Of a stretch of 60,446 bases of DNA, positions 36,342-48,570 are shown piece after piece. The DNA is from Spirogloea muscicola. Its lineage: Eukaryota. Under the pieces are notes generated by a model. The model ran no database searches, was not told the DNA's origin, and worked only from the letters and a program-made list of their open reading frames with translations. The stretch covers positions 46,508-106,953 of the forward strand of contig WELB01000032.1 of assembly GCA_009602725.1 (NCBI GenBank), read 5' to 3'. Position 1 is the first letter of the stretch. Each line of letters begins with the position of its first letter. Made by a program: the position numbers and the translations under genes.

Positions 36342-38444
36342 TCATGGAGGCCGCCATGCTCCAGGCTGGAATTTGTCCCCATGCCCACTAGGTTCTGATC
36401 TGTAAGCAATCATAGGATCGTTGCGCAGGTAACAAAAGGACGTGTTAGCAAATAGCACTATTCAGAACAATGCAGCCCATTGAGAGTGTCAATACCAACT
36501 AGTCTGTAGTCAAGATCAGGCAGGAACAGAATGATCGAGCGTCGAGAAAATATTCAAAAAGCGTCACAGGAGTAACAACTGACGGCGGAGTGTCCTGTAT
36601 AGTGTGCTCTTGCTGGTGAGAGCTCGATCTCCTCCTGCGGCAATGAAGGGTAATGCCAACCTCAACGAAGAGCAGCAGCAGAAAGGGCGTTGCACTTTTG
36701 GGTTGGCTGACGATCCTGGAGGCATAAATCTCAGTCGCTTATTGTGCGTGGCAGATCAAGCATTGCATACCATGGAGCATGCAGAGATGGCTGCCCAGCG
36801 TGTTGCTTGGAGGGCTCAGCCCAATCCATAGGCTCGCTGAGGTTGGATGACTCTCCTCGACTCTCTGAACCTGCATATAGTCATCTCCACTGTAGGTCAT
36901 AAGTCATACTTGAGCACAACCTTGAAGCACAAGCTTGAGTATACAAGACAGTTGGACAAGGAACCGCGGAACTTTCCAGCCCAAACAGCAGGGCAATCAT
37001 AATAAGGCAATGCAGCAGATAAGAAGGAACGTGCTCTTGCCTTCAGGGGCCACCCCCGTAATCTGCTCCAAGAGCCTGCCCATGCTTTCAGCACTCATAT
37101 CATCTGCGATAACAGCAGGACACTTTCTCAGCGACATTCACATCCTGGTTGTGCTGTGCAACATATATACAGCAGAGAAGCATCTCATCCCACATACTTT
37201 GCCAGAGCAGCCATTGTGGGCATATAGAGGTAGACCATTCTCTTGCTAGCGTCAACAGTATGGTACTGCCCGACTTGGCGGTCACAAATCATCATCAGGA
37301 ATTGCCATTGGTTGTACCTGCTCCTGCGCTCTCTTGAATGCTTTTTGCTCGATATCGCCTCTTCTCTTCTTCCTTCTCCAACACTGCCACTTGCAAGAAG
37401 CATCTCAGTCAGCTGGCAGAGGCAGTCACTTGTTTCTACAACGCAAAAGCTAGCATGGGCCAAGCTGATCACAAAGAAAAACCTGCAGGATGCACTAGAA
37501 ATGCTCACTGGTTGCCTTGTACTTTATGAGCCGGCGCTGTGCTACCATCATGTCTATCTCCTGTCAGAGGTCGTGAGCGATTCCATCAATCATCTCCTCT
37601 AAAGCACAATGCAGTCAGGCTGGGCACAAGCTCAAGTAGGCCACTGCAGAGCTCTCAGCTGTCCTGGCCAGCCAACCTGTGGTCAGAGCACTTTACAGAG
37701 CACTGCTGTTGAGGTTGAAACAGCATCGAACATCTGATTCCAAAGCCATAGATGTTGTTGGCACCAGTTTGGCAGTCCAGCCTGGCCAGCGCAGCCCAAG
37801 CAGGCGCTACAATCGCCATCCAACAGAATGATGAAAGTCAGACTGAGCAGCACCTGCTGAGTGGGAGCAGACGCACGTGTGTTGGCCAACCAGCTGGCCC
37901 ACTCCACCGGCAGGCTGCGGGGGTCCGGGATGCGCTCCTTGAACTGCACCCACCTCCTCTCGCCCTCTGCCCGATTGATTGGAGCAGGCGAGGCAGAATT
38001 AGCAAGCTCCTCCTCATTTCATCGGCTCCTGTACCCAAATTGGGATCACTATGATGCTCCAAGCCGTCCATGTCATGTTAGCTTTGCCAAAGGCCTCTGC
38101 GAGCGGGAGGGTCGGCAAGACATCGGTTTTAGGATTTTAGGGTTTTAGGGCTTGCGCCTACACAGCTACACAGCTAAGCCCATACACCTCAAAAATCTGA
38201 GGCCGTGCCAAGGTCCACCATGAGCGGCACGCTGAGACGGCTCCGCGCCGTCTCCGCTGCTGCAAGTGGCCACGGTGGTGGCGCTCAGCTCGAGAGAGAG
38301 GAGCCGGATCTCACCGGCGCCGCCGTCGAGGGCCCGCGGCGCCCGGAAGTACTGGTTGCCGGCGGCGTCGCGGCCCACGAGCTCGCCGCGGGGCGACAGC
38401 CGGCCCGCCAGCTGCCGCAGCGACGCCGCCACCCGCGACAGCAT
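36342..38444 (-). CDS. NDUFA12-family mitochondrial complex I protein (NDUFAF2/mimitin-like)
   Basis: Exons 38444-38315, 37966-37854, 37560-37509, 37389-37318, 37103-37041, 36870-36771, 36634-36584, 36399-36342. Motifs VGRDAAGNQYF, RRWVQF..DPRSLPVEWASWL..R..APT and C-terminal EPSGHGDKFQPGAWRPP*. Confidence 0.85.
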
Positions 38445-38514
38445 GCCGGCGCACTCGCGGGGGCCGAGCTGGGAGTGTGGCCAGCCTGGGGTAATGGTTC
38501 TCCGGGTTTGAAGG

Positions 38515-38600
38515 CAAGAGAGCTCTTCCAAGTAAAGGCAACTTGGCTGTGAGGGGCCAGCCCAACGGAATGTACAGAGCTTCAGGGTTTAAGGAAGTCG
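38515..38600 (-). mobile_element. CRE-like 3'UTR fragment in the 282-bp NDUFA12/L7Ae spacer
   Basis: gctcttccaagtaaaggcaacttggctgtgaggggccagcccaacggaatgtac. Confidence 0.65.
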
Positions 38601-38689
38601 GGGGTTTATGTGCTTAGGGGTTCCTCGGTCCACCTCTGAGGTGTCCGGGCTCTCCGCAGTGAGCACTGCTGCAGGGGCAAGCCAGCGTC

Positions 38690-38721
<32 letters not shown>

Positions 38722-38726
38722 ATGGC

Positions 38727-40185
38727 ATGGGCCGCAAGCGGCGGCGGCCCGCGNAGCTCCGGCTCCGGGCCACGCCGCTGGCGGCGGTGGCGCCTCCCAT
38801 GGCCGCGGCCAGCCCGTCGCGGCGGCGGCTCCTGCCGTGCTGCTGGAGCTGTCCAAGTGAGTCGACGGCAGCCGGCCCAGGCACGCTAGTACGAGCTAGC
38901 TCGCGTCAAGCTGATGCGGCGGCGAGCGACGTGACGACGGCTGAGGCTGCTTGTGGCGGCGGTGCTGTGGACCAGGGCCGTCGAGCAGGCTATGGCAGCA
39001 ATGGCTCGGAGGCCTGACGGCAGCACAGCTGGTGTCCCCGCCAGGATCCTCAAGGTGTGGTGTTGGTGGGCTCGAGCCTTGACCCAATAGACAACCCAAA
39101 CCTCGGCAACTACCGCTATTTGCTTGCGAGCCCACTGACAAGACGTCTACTTGGGATTCGGGCCAATAGGCCAAACGCCAGACACCCAGTTACCAAGCCG
39201 ACCACATGTTTGCTTAGCATTTTGAGTGCATGCCGCTTCTGCTGGCCGCCAAGCTTCGAGCTGCTGAAGCAGCTGTAGAGTGCCTGACTAAGAGTGAGGC
39301 TGGTCACTGAAGAGAGATAGAGAGGCCTTCGCAATCCTTGACAGTATGAGTGGTGGTCGCAGAGGTACTTGTGCGTCGGCGTGAATAGCGTCACACGGGC
39401 TCTGGAGATAGCCGGCAGTAGTGAAGAACTTCTGACGGCCTGCAACGATGGCCGCCAGCCCGACCACGCAGCAGCCTTGAGGCACGCATCACAGGTAGCA
39501 GCTGCAAGTGGCCATTCTCCTGACTGGGGCTTAGAGCTGCCGGCTTGCGGCCCTGCTTCTGGGCGAGAGCCTGACAACCACCAGGACAGTGATGGTGAGC
39601 AGCAAGGCGGTCCTGGAGAAGCAAGAGCCCAGGAGGTAACCACCATGCAGCAAACAGTCGATGCTGGCGACAGGGCCTCCCAGTTGGACATCGCTGTCTC
39701 AAAGGCGGCAGCACCAGCCTGCGCAGTAGACTGCCCACGTGTGGCAGCTGCAGCAGAGATGGAGGGCCGTCAGCAGGGCCAGCGCTTGAAGCTCCTGATC
39801 CTTGCGGCAGACGTTCAGCCGAAGCAGCTGACAGAGCACCTGCCAGGCCTGGCGGCCGCAGCCGGGGTACCAGTTGCCTCCATCACTGGCCCCAATCGGA
39901 AAGGCTCTGCCCTGCTTGGAGCGCCGCTGGGCCTGCGCACCGCCATGGCGCTAGCCATCAAGGTGACATGCCAATACTCTGGAGATCCTTCCTGCTTTGT
40001 CTGCAGCATGTTATGGGGCAGCTTCTTACTTCAATTGAGGTTGCAGTACGGGTCACGTTGCCACAATTCTGCTGAATGGCTGACTTCAGTGGAGTTGCAT
40101 GGTGCAGTCAGGTCACCCGGCATTGGATAAGGGCGTCGAAGCCATCCTTTCGCACTTGAGCAGCATGATGGCATTTACTCCTTGA
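38727..40185 (+). CDS. L7Ae-family protein, RNase P/MRP subunit RPP38/POP3-like
   Basis: YLCVGVNSVTRALE..LILAADVQPKQLTEHLP..LGAPLGLRTAMALAIK. Proposed exons: 38727-38856 (frame broken at the N at 38754), 39045-39054 (micro-exon), 39363-39962, 40108-40185. Confidence 0.75.
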
Positions 40186-40607
40186 GGCATCCCAGGCATG
40201 GATGACTGGCTCTAATGACAAGCGTTCTCAGGAGCCCAATCCTACATTGGGGTTAGGTTTAGGAGTTGATATATGCGACTGAATGCATGGAAGAGGGCTG
40301 GTGCTTCTACTGGTGCTTCTGCAGCTCTCCCTCCCATGCTGACCTTATGCCGGCAAGTGGGCCAGTTGGCACCCATCGTGCCGCCCTGCCCACCTGCCAA
40401 ACTGTGCCGGCCTTCCGGCAGCATGCGAGCCCTTTTACGTGGCAAAAGAATAGGTCTGCCTTAGAAAGTACTGACAACATTACATCAACGTTGCATTTCA
40501 CCTTGGAGGAGCAAGAACTGTTCAGTATAGTGTTGCGACCTCTGGCAAGGCTCCTTGACAGGTCACAGCAATGTGGATGTTGGGCAGGTGTCACCTGCAA
40601 CACATGT

Positions 40608-42306
40608 TCACGGCCCATTGGCTCTTCCAAATTGATGCTGTGGGGTTGTGATCGAGTGTAGAGGTCCTGAATCAGCATGCCTTGAATGCCGGCCGGCCTG
40701 AGCGCCGCCGCTGTTCGGTGGTTGAGGCGTCCCCTCGAGGTGGCCTGCCGGACCTGGAGGTCGGTGCCCAGGGCTGGGTCGGCCATGCTGCCAAGGTGCA
40801 TGGCCGTCTGCTCGAGCCCGGTTGTGCTGCATATGCGGCGGAGCGTGAGAATGCGCTGCCCTATTGTAGGAATCGACGTGGTGCCACTGCCCAGTCTCAA
40901 GGTATTGAGGAGCTCGCTGCCAGGCGCCATGGTTGTCGGGAGTGGGCCTTGGCTCAAGATGCTGTGGCCCTGTGACATCTGCAGCAGCAGGCCGATTGGC
41001 GGCTACTCCATCATACAGCCGCATGTACATGTCCTCCACGCTTGCTGCAATCTCGGCGCCAACCCCCGTGTCAGACGCGATGAGCTCCCACGCTGCCTGC
41101 GAGACGCGCTCCAACACCGGCGGCCTGCACCATCACAGTCCTGCCGCTTGTTTTAGAGTTCCTCCTGGCACTTCTGTCGTCAATCTAAGCTAAGACTGGA
41201 TAGACCTATACTAGTGCAACTTGATTGCGTTAGTGTGAAGTAGCAACCCACTGGGTCGCTCTCCTTGTGTCTTGGCCGAGGCCATGGAACACGACCATGG
41301 ACTTGCAGCCTGCCGACTGCAGACTTGTCACTGGATGTGACAGCCCTGGCTGAAGCCATGACTACATCAATCACTGACAGTCAGTAGCAATTGCAGTACT
41401 TTGTAGCCGTCAGGCTCTACAGTCCAAGCACGTTCCAGAGTACCAAGGGGCCCTGACTCCAGGCCGTGGCCATGCTGCGGGGCGTGGCATGGCATGGTGC
41501 AGAGGGGTCCGACAGGTCTTGCATAGCGATGTCAACCCTAGAGCTAGACCCTGACCTACAGCTCAAGAAGTTTGTCTCGACGACAGCTGAAAGTCAATAA
41601 TGGTCACAGCCACTCGGTCGACTGCGACTTGGTCAGAACAGTAGGTGGTGGCTGGATGACCGGCAGGGCAGGCTGGACTCACTCGACCTCCCGCTTGAGC
41701 GCTTCAAAGAGGTCCCGGCGGCTGCTACGTACGGCGCCGGGAGTGTGCAGCGTCTCGCTGTGTTCCACCAGCTCGACAGTGTACCGCTGCAGCTCCTCCT
41801 GCCGCGCCGCGGGAGGGGCCATAGCAGTGGGAGCGCAGCATCAGCTCAGCAGCAGATTCATGAACTCAAGTGTTTGCGCCACGCAAAGAGGCTCTCCTCC
41901 AAAAAGGTTGAGTAGCACGCCTGCGATTAACAAAGTGCAGAGTGCACAGCAGCTTCCAAGCTGTCACCCAGAAACATGTACAGATAGACGTGTTCTCTAT
42001 TTAAGGTTGTCGTTAGAATAGCGTCTGAGGAGAGAGGTTTTGGGGTGCAACGGAGCGGGGGCCGTCCACCTCGGGGTTGGCCATGCCTCGCAGTGGCCGA
42101 GGTGGAGGCTGGCCGCGTGCCACAGCGACTGAGACTCGGGAGGATTGACGCTGTGAGCGACTCACGTTCTGCCTCAGCTGCGCCGTGACCTTGGCGCGGA
42201 GGCTGTCGAAGGTGCCGTCGTTCATCAGCGCCGCAAGGACGGCGTCCATCGCCGGCCCTGACGGCGAAGGCAGCGGTGGCGGCGGGGGCGGCGCCGCTGT
42301 TGCCAT
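40608..42306 (-). CDS. COMPASS-Shg1/BOD1-domain protein
   Basis: Exons 42306-42166, 41798-41683, 41124-40608. VLAALMNDGTFDSLRAKVTAQLRQNEEL..RRDLFEALKREVE..AWELI, followed by a low-complexity tail. Confidence 0.78.
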
Positions 42307-42484
42307 GCCTCCTGCAGCGGCGCTGCTCGCTCGGCCTCCAGAGCCGCCTTCACAGCAGGCGCCTGTGCTGCCGCAGGAGCTCGGCTGCGAGGAAGCCGAG
42401 CTCCTGCGGCGGGTCGTCAAGAGCTCGCCGCTGGCGCAGTGAAGCGGCTCTTGACCATGTTGGCAGATAGCCTTCCCTCTTATG

Positions 42485-42790
42485 AAGCAAGCGCGGCCAG
42501 ATTAACTGGTGGCTGGGAGAGGCCAGCCCAAAAGAATGGACTCTTATGCAGGTCAGAGGTTCAGAAAACGCAGCTCTTCCAAAGAGGGCGAGGTATATAT
42601 ATATGTATAAAACAGTGGCTTTCCCAAAGAAGAAATACACAGGAAGACTCTTCCAGTAGAGGGCGCTGGCTGTCCTTGGCCACCCAGAAGAAAGAATGAA
42701 CCAAGTTCGAAGTGGCCACAAAAGCGTTAGAGCACACTGCGACAAGCGGCCACTGGGTGCTCAATATAAAGCCAGCCCACAAAAGAATGC
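42485..42790 (-). mobile_element. Cluster of 3-4 CRE-like 3'UTR fragments upstream of the Shg1-like gene
   Basis: ggctgggagaggccagcccaaaagaatgga; ctcttccagtagagggcgctggctgtccttggccacccagaagaaagaatgaac. Confidence 0.7.
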
Positions 42791-43408
42791 CCAGAGGTGC
42801 TGAATTCCTGACAGACGCAGAGTCCGACTTCGAGTTGCAGCGCTGGTGAGGCGTTTTGCAACCCTCAGCCTGAGAAAGCTATAATGATGTGGCTTCGGTT
42901 TTCAAGTCTCCCAGTACCCACCAGTCCTCCAAGTGGGTCCCCTTAATACACATGCGCACGAGGCTATACACTGCAGCTCAAAGGACATTGCGTTAGGACT
43001 TTGGGTGAGCTAAAGACCCATTTTGCACAAACTCCTGGGAAGGAGACTCATATTTCAAAAGAATCTGATTATTTTTCGTTTTCTCTTTTGTGAAGACGAC
43101 GGGGATGTGTGCTGGAATGAATCCTACATTCCCGTTTGATCACCATGGCATCTATTGCTTTGCTTGCACTTACATCTCAGGTGTGCGGAATAGTGGTGGG
43201 ACGTGCAATCTTCATGGACTGCTCCACTATGATTCGTGCCCATTGTTAACATCTTCTTGACTGGGGGGAAAAAAGATCATCACGAGCTTTTGTTGGAGGC
43301 CTTCATCAATGAGGACTGCCGCGAGCCCCGTACCCAAGGAGGTCATCTCTAAGCTCTCCAAGTAATCTGCAGCCTGCCAAGCTGCCAACCTGTGACACTC
43401 TAATGTGG

Positions 43409-45967
43409 TCACGGCTTCCAATTACCAATCTCCTCCATGACCCCAGCCGCCAAAGCATCAGCAGTGTAGTTTTTCCCAAAGAATTTAACGAAGGACATGC
43501 TGGGATCCATAAGGTACCTGCAAGCATTCAGACCCAATCGTGAAGACCCATAAATCTGCTGGCACCTTGGCTAAAGTCAAGCGCAACTTGGCCAAAATAA
43601 CAGCAGGATAGATAGGCTACTCATATCAGTGAGGCTGGCAAACAAAAGCTTGGTTGTCACTATTAATTACTGGCTTCAAGGTTAGCACCAAGTAGAGCAA
43701 GGAGCTGCTAGGGACGAAAACAGTACATAATTATGGAATGGTCAACAAGGTAATCATCACCCTCCTCCTCGGTCTTCATGTAGTACACGCGGTACTCGCG
43801 CGCCGCCTGCCGCACGGCCTCTGGCGTGCCCGTGAGGCCCATCAGCCGCGGGTGAAACTCTGCACCCCAGCAAATTTCATCCCGTATCCAATCACATATG
43901 TGACTACAAACTTTGTACCAAATTCTGTATAAACGTGACTCCGATGACTGTAGAGGTACAACTTGTCTATGGTGTCGTCCACAACAGGTAGAACAGACAT
44001 CCAGGGGTCCCGGTGCCATCTGGGTGGATAACACACACGCCCTGCAGATGCATGTAGTGGAGCTCCTCACCTTTGACATACTGTTGCACTTGCTCCACTG
44101 TGTCGCGCTCGGGATCAACAGAGATGAATACGGGCCGCACCTGGATATTCGCCTTCTTCTCTGCACCTCCAATCATGAGCAAGAATGAGCATCTGTCTGC
44201 ATGTCGTGATCCATCTTAAGTGACAGCTGCCCCTTCAATGAACAAAGTAGGAACACAGACAGTCACAGCGCATTATCACAGCACAAAGAGAGGTTGTAAG
44301 GAGAGTGAACGCAGTCACGCACCAATGATGTCGACGGCTTTGGCCAGCTTCTGCAGCTCGTCAGGGCAGATGTCGGGGCAGTATGTGAAGCCAAAGTAGA
44401 GAAGATTCCAGGTGCCCGCAAGGTCCTTGTCAGTCACTGGCCGACCGTCCTGATCGACCAGCGCAAATGGGCCCCCAATTGCAGCCTTACCAGCTGACGG
44501 GCCCTGCTTCACGACTGTATGTTGCAGCAGCAGCAGAGACAACTTTGGTCATCGACATCCATGGCCTAGCCAAGCTGGCCAACTCAAGCTTAACCAGAGT
44601 GTCTTTGTCATAGGCTACAGGGGAATAAATGAGTACTATGGCATTACTTGGCGCAGAGAGTCCGAGCAAACAATGTTGAGGAAAGGTCTGAGCTAGCAGA
44701 GAGGTCGACAGTGCCCTGCTACCAAGAGTATAGCACTGAGCAGATGCCAATCAGGTGTACCTTCAATCTTCTTCTTCTTCTCATAATCAAAGTAGGCAAT
44801 GAGTCCCACGCTGGTGGCCACGAGCAGGCCCAAGCTCGCCCATGAGACGGGCTGAACAGCCATCAAAGAAAGGGTAGGGGTCAATGCCACCAAGTCATTT
44901 TTGCAGGACCCCCCTGCCTTGAAGCCAAGAAAATCGTATTGAAAATTTGTCATTCCGTTCCCAGCATCATTTGCGCATCGTGTCTATGGTTGCTGATTGC
45001 GATTTTGTGTCCAGAGCTACTACCATCAGTGTGAGCATAGGTCTTGACATCAGAATTTAGTTGCCAGAATTACAAAACTTAGATGTGGAAGGCATTGCTG
45101 CACAGGAAGCGTACCCCCCTTCTCAATGGCCTGTTGGGCTGCGGCGGCCCAGCCGTCTCTGGCAGCGCCTTCGTAGCCGCCGGCTGAGAAGAGTCGACCC
45201 CGCTGACAGCCGCTGCCCTGGGCCTCAGTGTGGTAAACTGCCTAGCAGCAGATGCGCCGCTAGAGTACTTCTGCACAGCCATGTATGGAGCTCGTGAGTG
45301 CCGAGCTGGTCCACTAAGCGCTGACAGCTCCCACAACTCGAACAACATACTATGCATGCAAGATTGTCGGGCTGACGGGCGGAGACTGCCAAGCAACTGG
45401 AGCAGCCACAATCCTTGCTAGTGGCATCCGCAGGCAGGCGCTGCAGGACCCCTTGCTTTGCAACAAGGTATAGAGGCTTCACAGAGCTGCTGGTACGAGT
45501 TTGCCTGATGAGGACCTCTCAGCCAGGACACTTAGCAAAGCAACAGAACCCAGACCCCGTGTTACATAACTCGAGGTGCCGGTGGACATGGAAGCCGAGT
45601 CACGACGCTTTGGTTCGAGTGACTGGCGCTGAGTCGAGCTTGCTGGGTCGGGCATGGCTATGGCAAACGACCAGGCGGTGGTGGGAGTGGGTATTGAGGC
45701 AGAGCTTCAAGAAATTGCTGCAGTGGGCTTAGGGCTTTGGGCCCACGCGGCGGAGGCGTGGCGACAGGGGGTTACCAACCGAGACGGGGCTCCGTTGGCG
45801 GGAGGCGCGGCCGGCGCGCCCGTCGGGCCCCTGCCGACTCCGGCCCTTGGATCAGCGCACGCCCCTCCAAGGACGCCGAGCCTGCGGCCCCGCAAGGCCT
45901 GCATCTGGCCCTCGCGGCGGGCGAGGAGGCGAGCGAGCACGCCGCGGCAGCACGCGGCGGGCGCCAT
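43409..45967 (-). CDS. SCO1: SCO1/HCC1 mitochondrial copper chaperone
   Basis: Exons 45967-45780, 45241-45115, 44851-44761, 44514-44323, 44160-44071, 43859-43727, 43517-43409. Motifs [20 protein letters not shown] (CxxxC), [21 protein letters not shown] micro-exon may be missing near 44.6 kb. Confidence 0.95.
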
Positions 45968-46519
45968 GGCGGGCCTCGGCAGCCGGGCCTCCGGGGCAGG
46001 CCAGTCAGCCCTGCGAAGCAGCGGTTGCAACAGCAGCGGCGACTGTGGTGACGGAGGCGACGAGCGGCTCTCGGGCGGGGTTCCGGCCGCGGAGGCGGGC
46101 AAGCCTCGTGGCCGCGAGGGAGGGCAAGGCCGGAGGGCGGACGCGGCGGTGGCGACGGCGGCGCAGAGGGCGGGGCGGCGATGGACGCGCTCAGCGGACT
46201 CAGCGCGCGCATGGAAAGGCCCTTCTCTCTGGGTTTGGGGTTTTGGGAGTAGGGGGGTTCCACCACTGCCATGTCAGCATCTTAAGTATCATCATGAAGA
46301 TGTCCTACGTGATGATTTATATTTGCATGCAAATATGACACTGTTATTCAAATACCATAGATCATCGAATTTGTTGTTGTTAACCCGACCGATGCTCAAT
46401 CATTTGATAGAGTGGCACTTGCTCTGGAGTTCTTCCTTATCAATTCTTGTTTGCCCCCATTGGGAGTGCCACTTCTTCATTCTTGTCTGCAAACTAAGAA
46501 AAGAGAAGTATATGAAGTC

Positions 46520-46815
46520 TCTCGAGTCTATCGTTTGCGATTGTCGGTCTCCCCTCAGCGGTCCCTGGCCGTGCAGTGGGCTCGCCACTCACATGCTGAG
46601 ATGCCCTACTGGACCAGAATTGGTGGGCATTCACAACCTCCTTCCCGATGCCCTGGCGGGCTTGATGCGCGATGCCGGCTACTGTGCCGTCGTGGAAGTC
46701 AACAATATCATGGCCGACGGTCTCCACGCCCGGCGTGTAGACCTGGTGTTCCCCCCACCCCACAGGCCGGCGGGCCACGTCTTCTCCTGGACGTGGTGAC
46801 CACTGATGCCTACGA
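46520..46815 (+). mobile_element. CRE-like zinc-knuckle/restriction-like endonuclease fragments
   Basis: GLATHMLRCPTGPELVGIHNLLPDALAGLMRDAGY..E..RRVDLV..(frameshift)LDVVTTD fits the HxxxC..RHN..E..RxD..D RLE pattern. It is preceded by an out-of-order piece, RVYRLRLSVSPQRSLA. Confidence 0.8.
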
Positions 46816-46824
46816 CCGCTCACC

Positions 46825-47003
46825 AAAAGAATGAACAGAGTACAAAGAAGCGCTAAGAAACCAAAGCACACAAAGAAAGAAAGCAGCTACAAATTACTCA
46901 GTAACCCCTGCTAAGCAGCCGCAAATCAGAGAGGCTAGGGTCCTGGAAGTGGGTCCCCTGGACAGAGCCAGAGGCAGCAGCGAGGGCTCTCCCGGCACGA
47001 AGG
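46825..47003 (-). mobile_element. CRE-like ORF tail plus partial 3'UTR, running into the assembly gap
   Basis: LRAGRALAAASGSVQGTHFQDPSLSDLRLLSRGY*, near-identical to the 52 kb copies. Confidence 0.85.
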
Positions 47004-47433
47004 NNNNNNNNNNNNNNNNNNNNNNNNNNNNNNNNNNNNNNNNNNNNNNNNNNNNNNNNNNNNNNNNNNNNNNNNNNNNNNNNNNNNNNNNNNNNNNNNN
47101 NNNNNNNNNNNNNNNNNNNNNNNNNNNNNNNNNNNNNNNNNNNNNNNNNNNNNNNNNNNNNNNNNNNNNNNNNNNNNNNNNNNNNNNNNNNNNNNNNNNN
47201 NNNNNNNNNNNNNNNNNNNNNNNNNNNNNNNNNNNNNNNNNNNNNNNNNNNNNNNNNNNNNNNNNNNNNNNNNNNNNNNNNNNNNNNNNNNNNNNNNNNN
47301 NNNNNNNNNNNNNNNNNNNNNNNNNNNNNNNNNNNNNNNNNNNNNNNNNNNNNNNNNNNNNNNNNNNNNNNNNNNNNNNNNNNNNNNNNNNNNNNNNNNN
47401 NNNNNNNNNNNNNNNNNNNNNNNNNNNNNNNNN
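47004..47433. other. Assembly gap (N run)
   Basis: About 430 N. Confidence 1.
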
Positions 47434-48570
47434 CCAGCGGCCGGCGGGGTTCGCGTACGAGTCCTCGCGCCTCGTGCAGACGGTCAACGACAGCCTCGCG
47501 ACGGCGACGCTGGAGATCGAGACGGAGCACGACCGCGACGCACGGTCCATCCGGGAGCGCGTCCTGAAGCAGGCGGAGGCGGCGCTGGCCGGCGGCAAGC
47601 CGGCGGCGCCCGACGGCCTGTACCGCGGCATGAACGCGTACACGGACCACCGGGCGGGGTTCCGGCGCGAGCACACGGTGGCGAGCGAGAAGGCGTCCGG
47701 CGCGCACGGCCCGCTGCGCGCGTCCGCCCACATCCGCATGTCCGTGCGCTTCGACTACCAGCCCGACATCTGCAAGGACTACAAGGAGACGGGCACGTGC
47801 GGCTTCGGCGACTCGTGCAAGTTCATGCACGACCGCGGCGACTACAAGTCCGGCTGGCAGCTCGACCGCGAGTGGGACGAGAAGGAGAGGAAGCGCAAGG
47901 AGCTGCTCGCGACTCGGGCCCTCGAGGACGGCGAGGGGGGCGCCGGCGAGGGGGAGGACGGTGATGGCGACGACGACGAGGAGCAGCTGCCGTTTGCGTG
48001 CTTCATCTGCCGGCGGCCCTTCACTGATCCCGTGGTCACCAAGTGCAAGCACTACTTCTGCGAGCACTGCGCACTCAAGGTGAGGCAGTCCCCACAGCTT
48101 CTGTCCCTCGATCGCCAGTATTGCAGAGAGGCAGTGCCTGGTGGGTCCGGCGCGTATAAGATTTGTGCTGTGGCAAGCACAGGCAGAAATTTGACTGCAA
48201 TTTGAAACCCATTTATTAGGTCAGGAAATTCAGAGCTTCTGGCTTCTAGTCTGGGTTGCGTACTATATCTACGCGAAACAATCGATCCTGGTTTGAGTAT
48301 GCGACAGAGGATCAATCGTTGATTATGCAGGAGAGGATCTTCTGACGCTGAATGGTGTGATGCCCTTTATTGCAGCACAATGCGAAGTCCAAACGTTGTT
48401 TTGTCTGCGACCAGCCGACAAATGGTGTCTTCAATACGGCGCACGCAATCATCCGGAGGACGAAGGAGGGAAAGGGCGGCGCTGGTGCTCCCAAAGTGGC
48501 CAAGGTGCCGCCACCTCAGAAGCTGGACCTGGAGGTTGGAGACGATGCGCCCCAGATTGTTGAGCTGTAG
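47434..48570 (+). CDS. RNF113A/Cwc24-like CCCH zinc finger + RING splicing factor (5' end lost in gap)
   Basis: [39 protein letters not shown] and [34 protein letters not shown]. Intron 48080-48375. Confidence 0.95.

Noticed and set aside
42860..43200. Possible tyrosine-recombinase remnant
   Set aside because: Only a KDPF-like tetrapeptide, with no catalytic motif.
45654..46799. 381-aa plus-strand ORF
   Set aside because: A chance fusion of SCO1 antisense, promoter DNA and the RLE fragment.
46894..48205. Long ORFs (281-418 aa) spanning the N run
   Set aside because: Artefacts of translating through the gap. They fuse a retroelement tail to RNF113 or its antisense strand.
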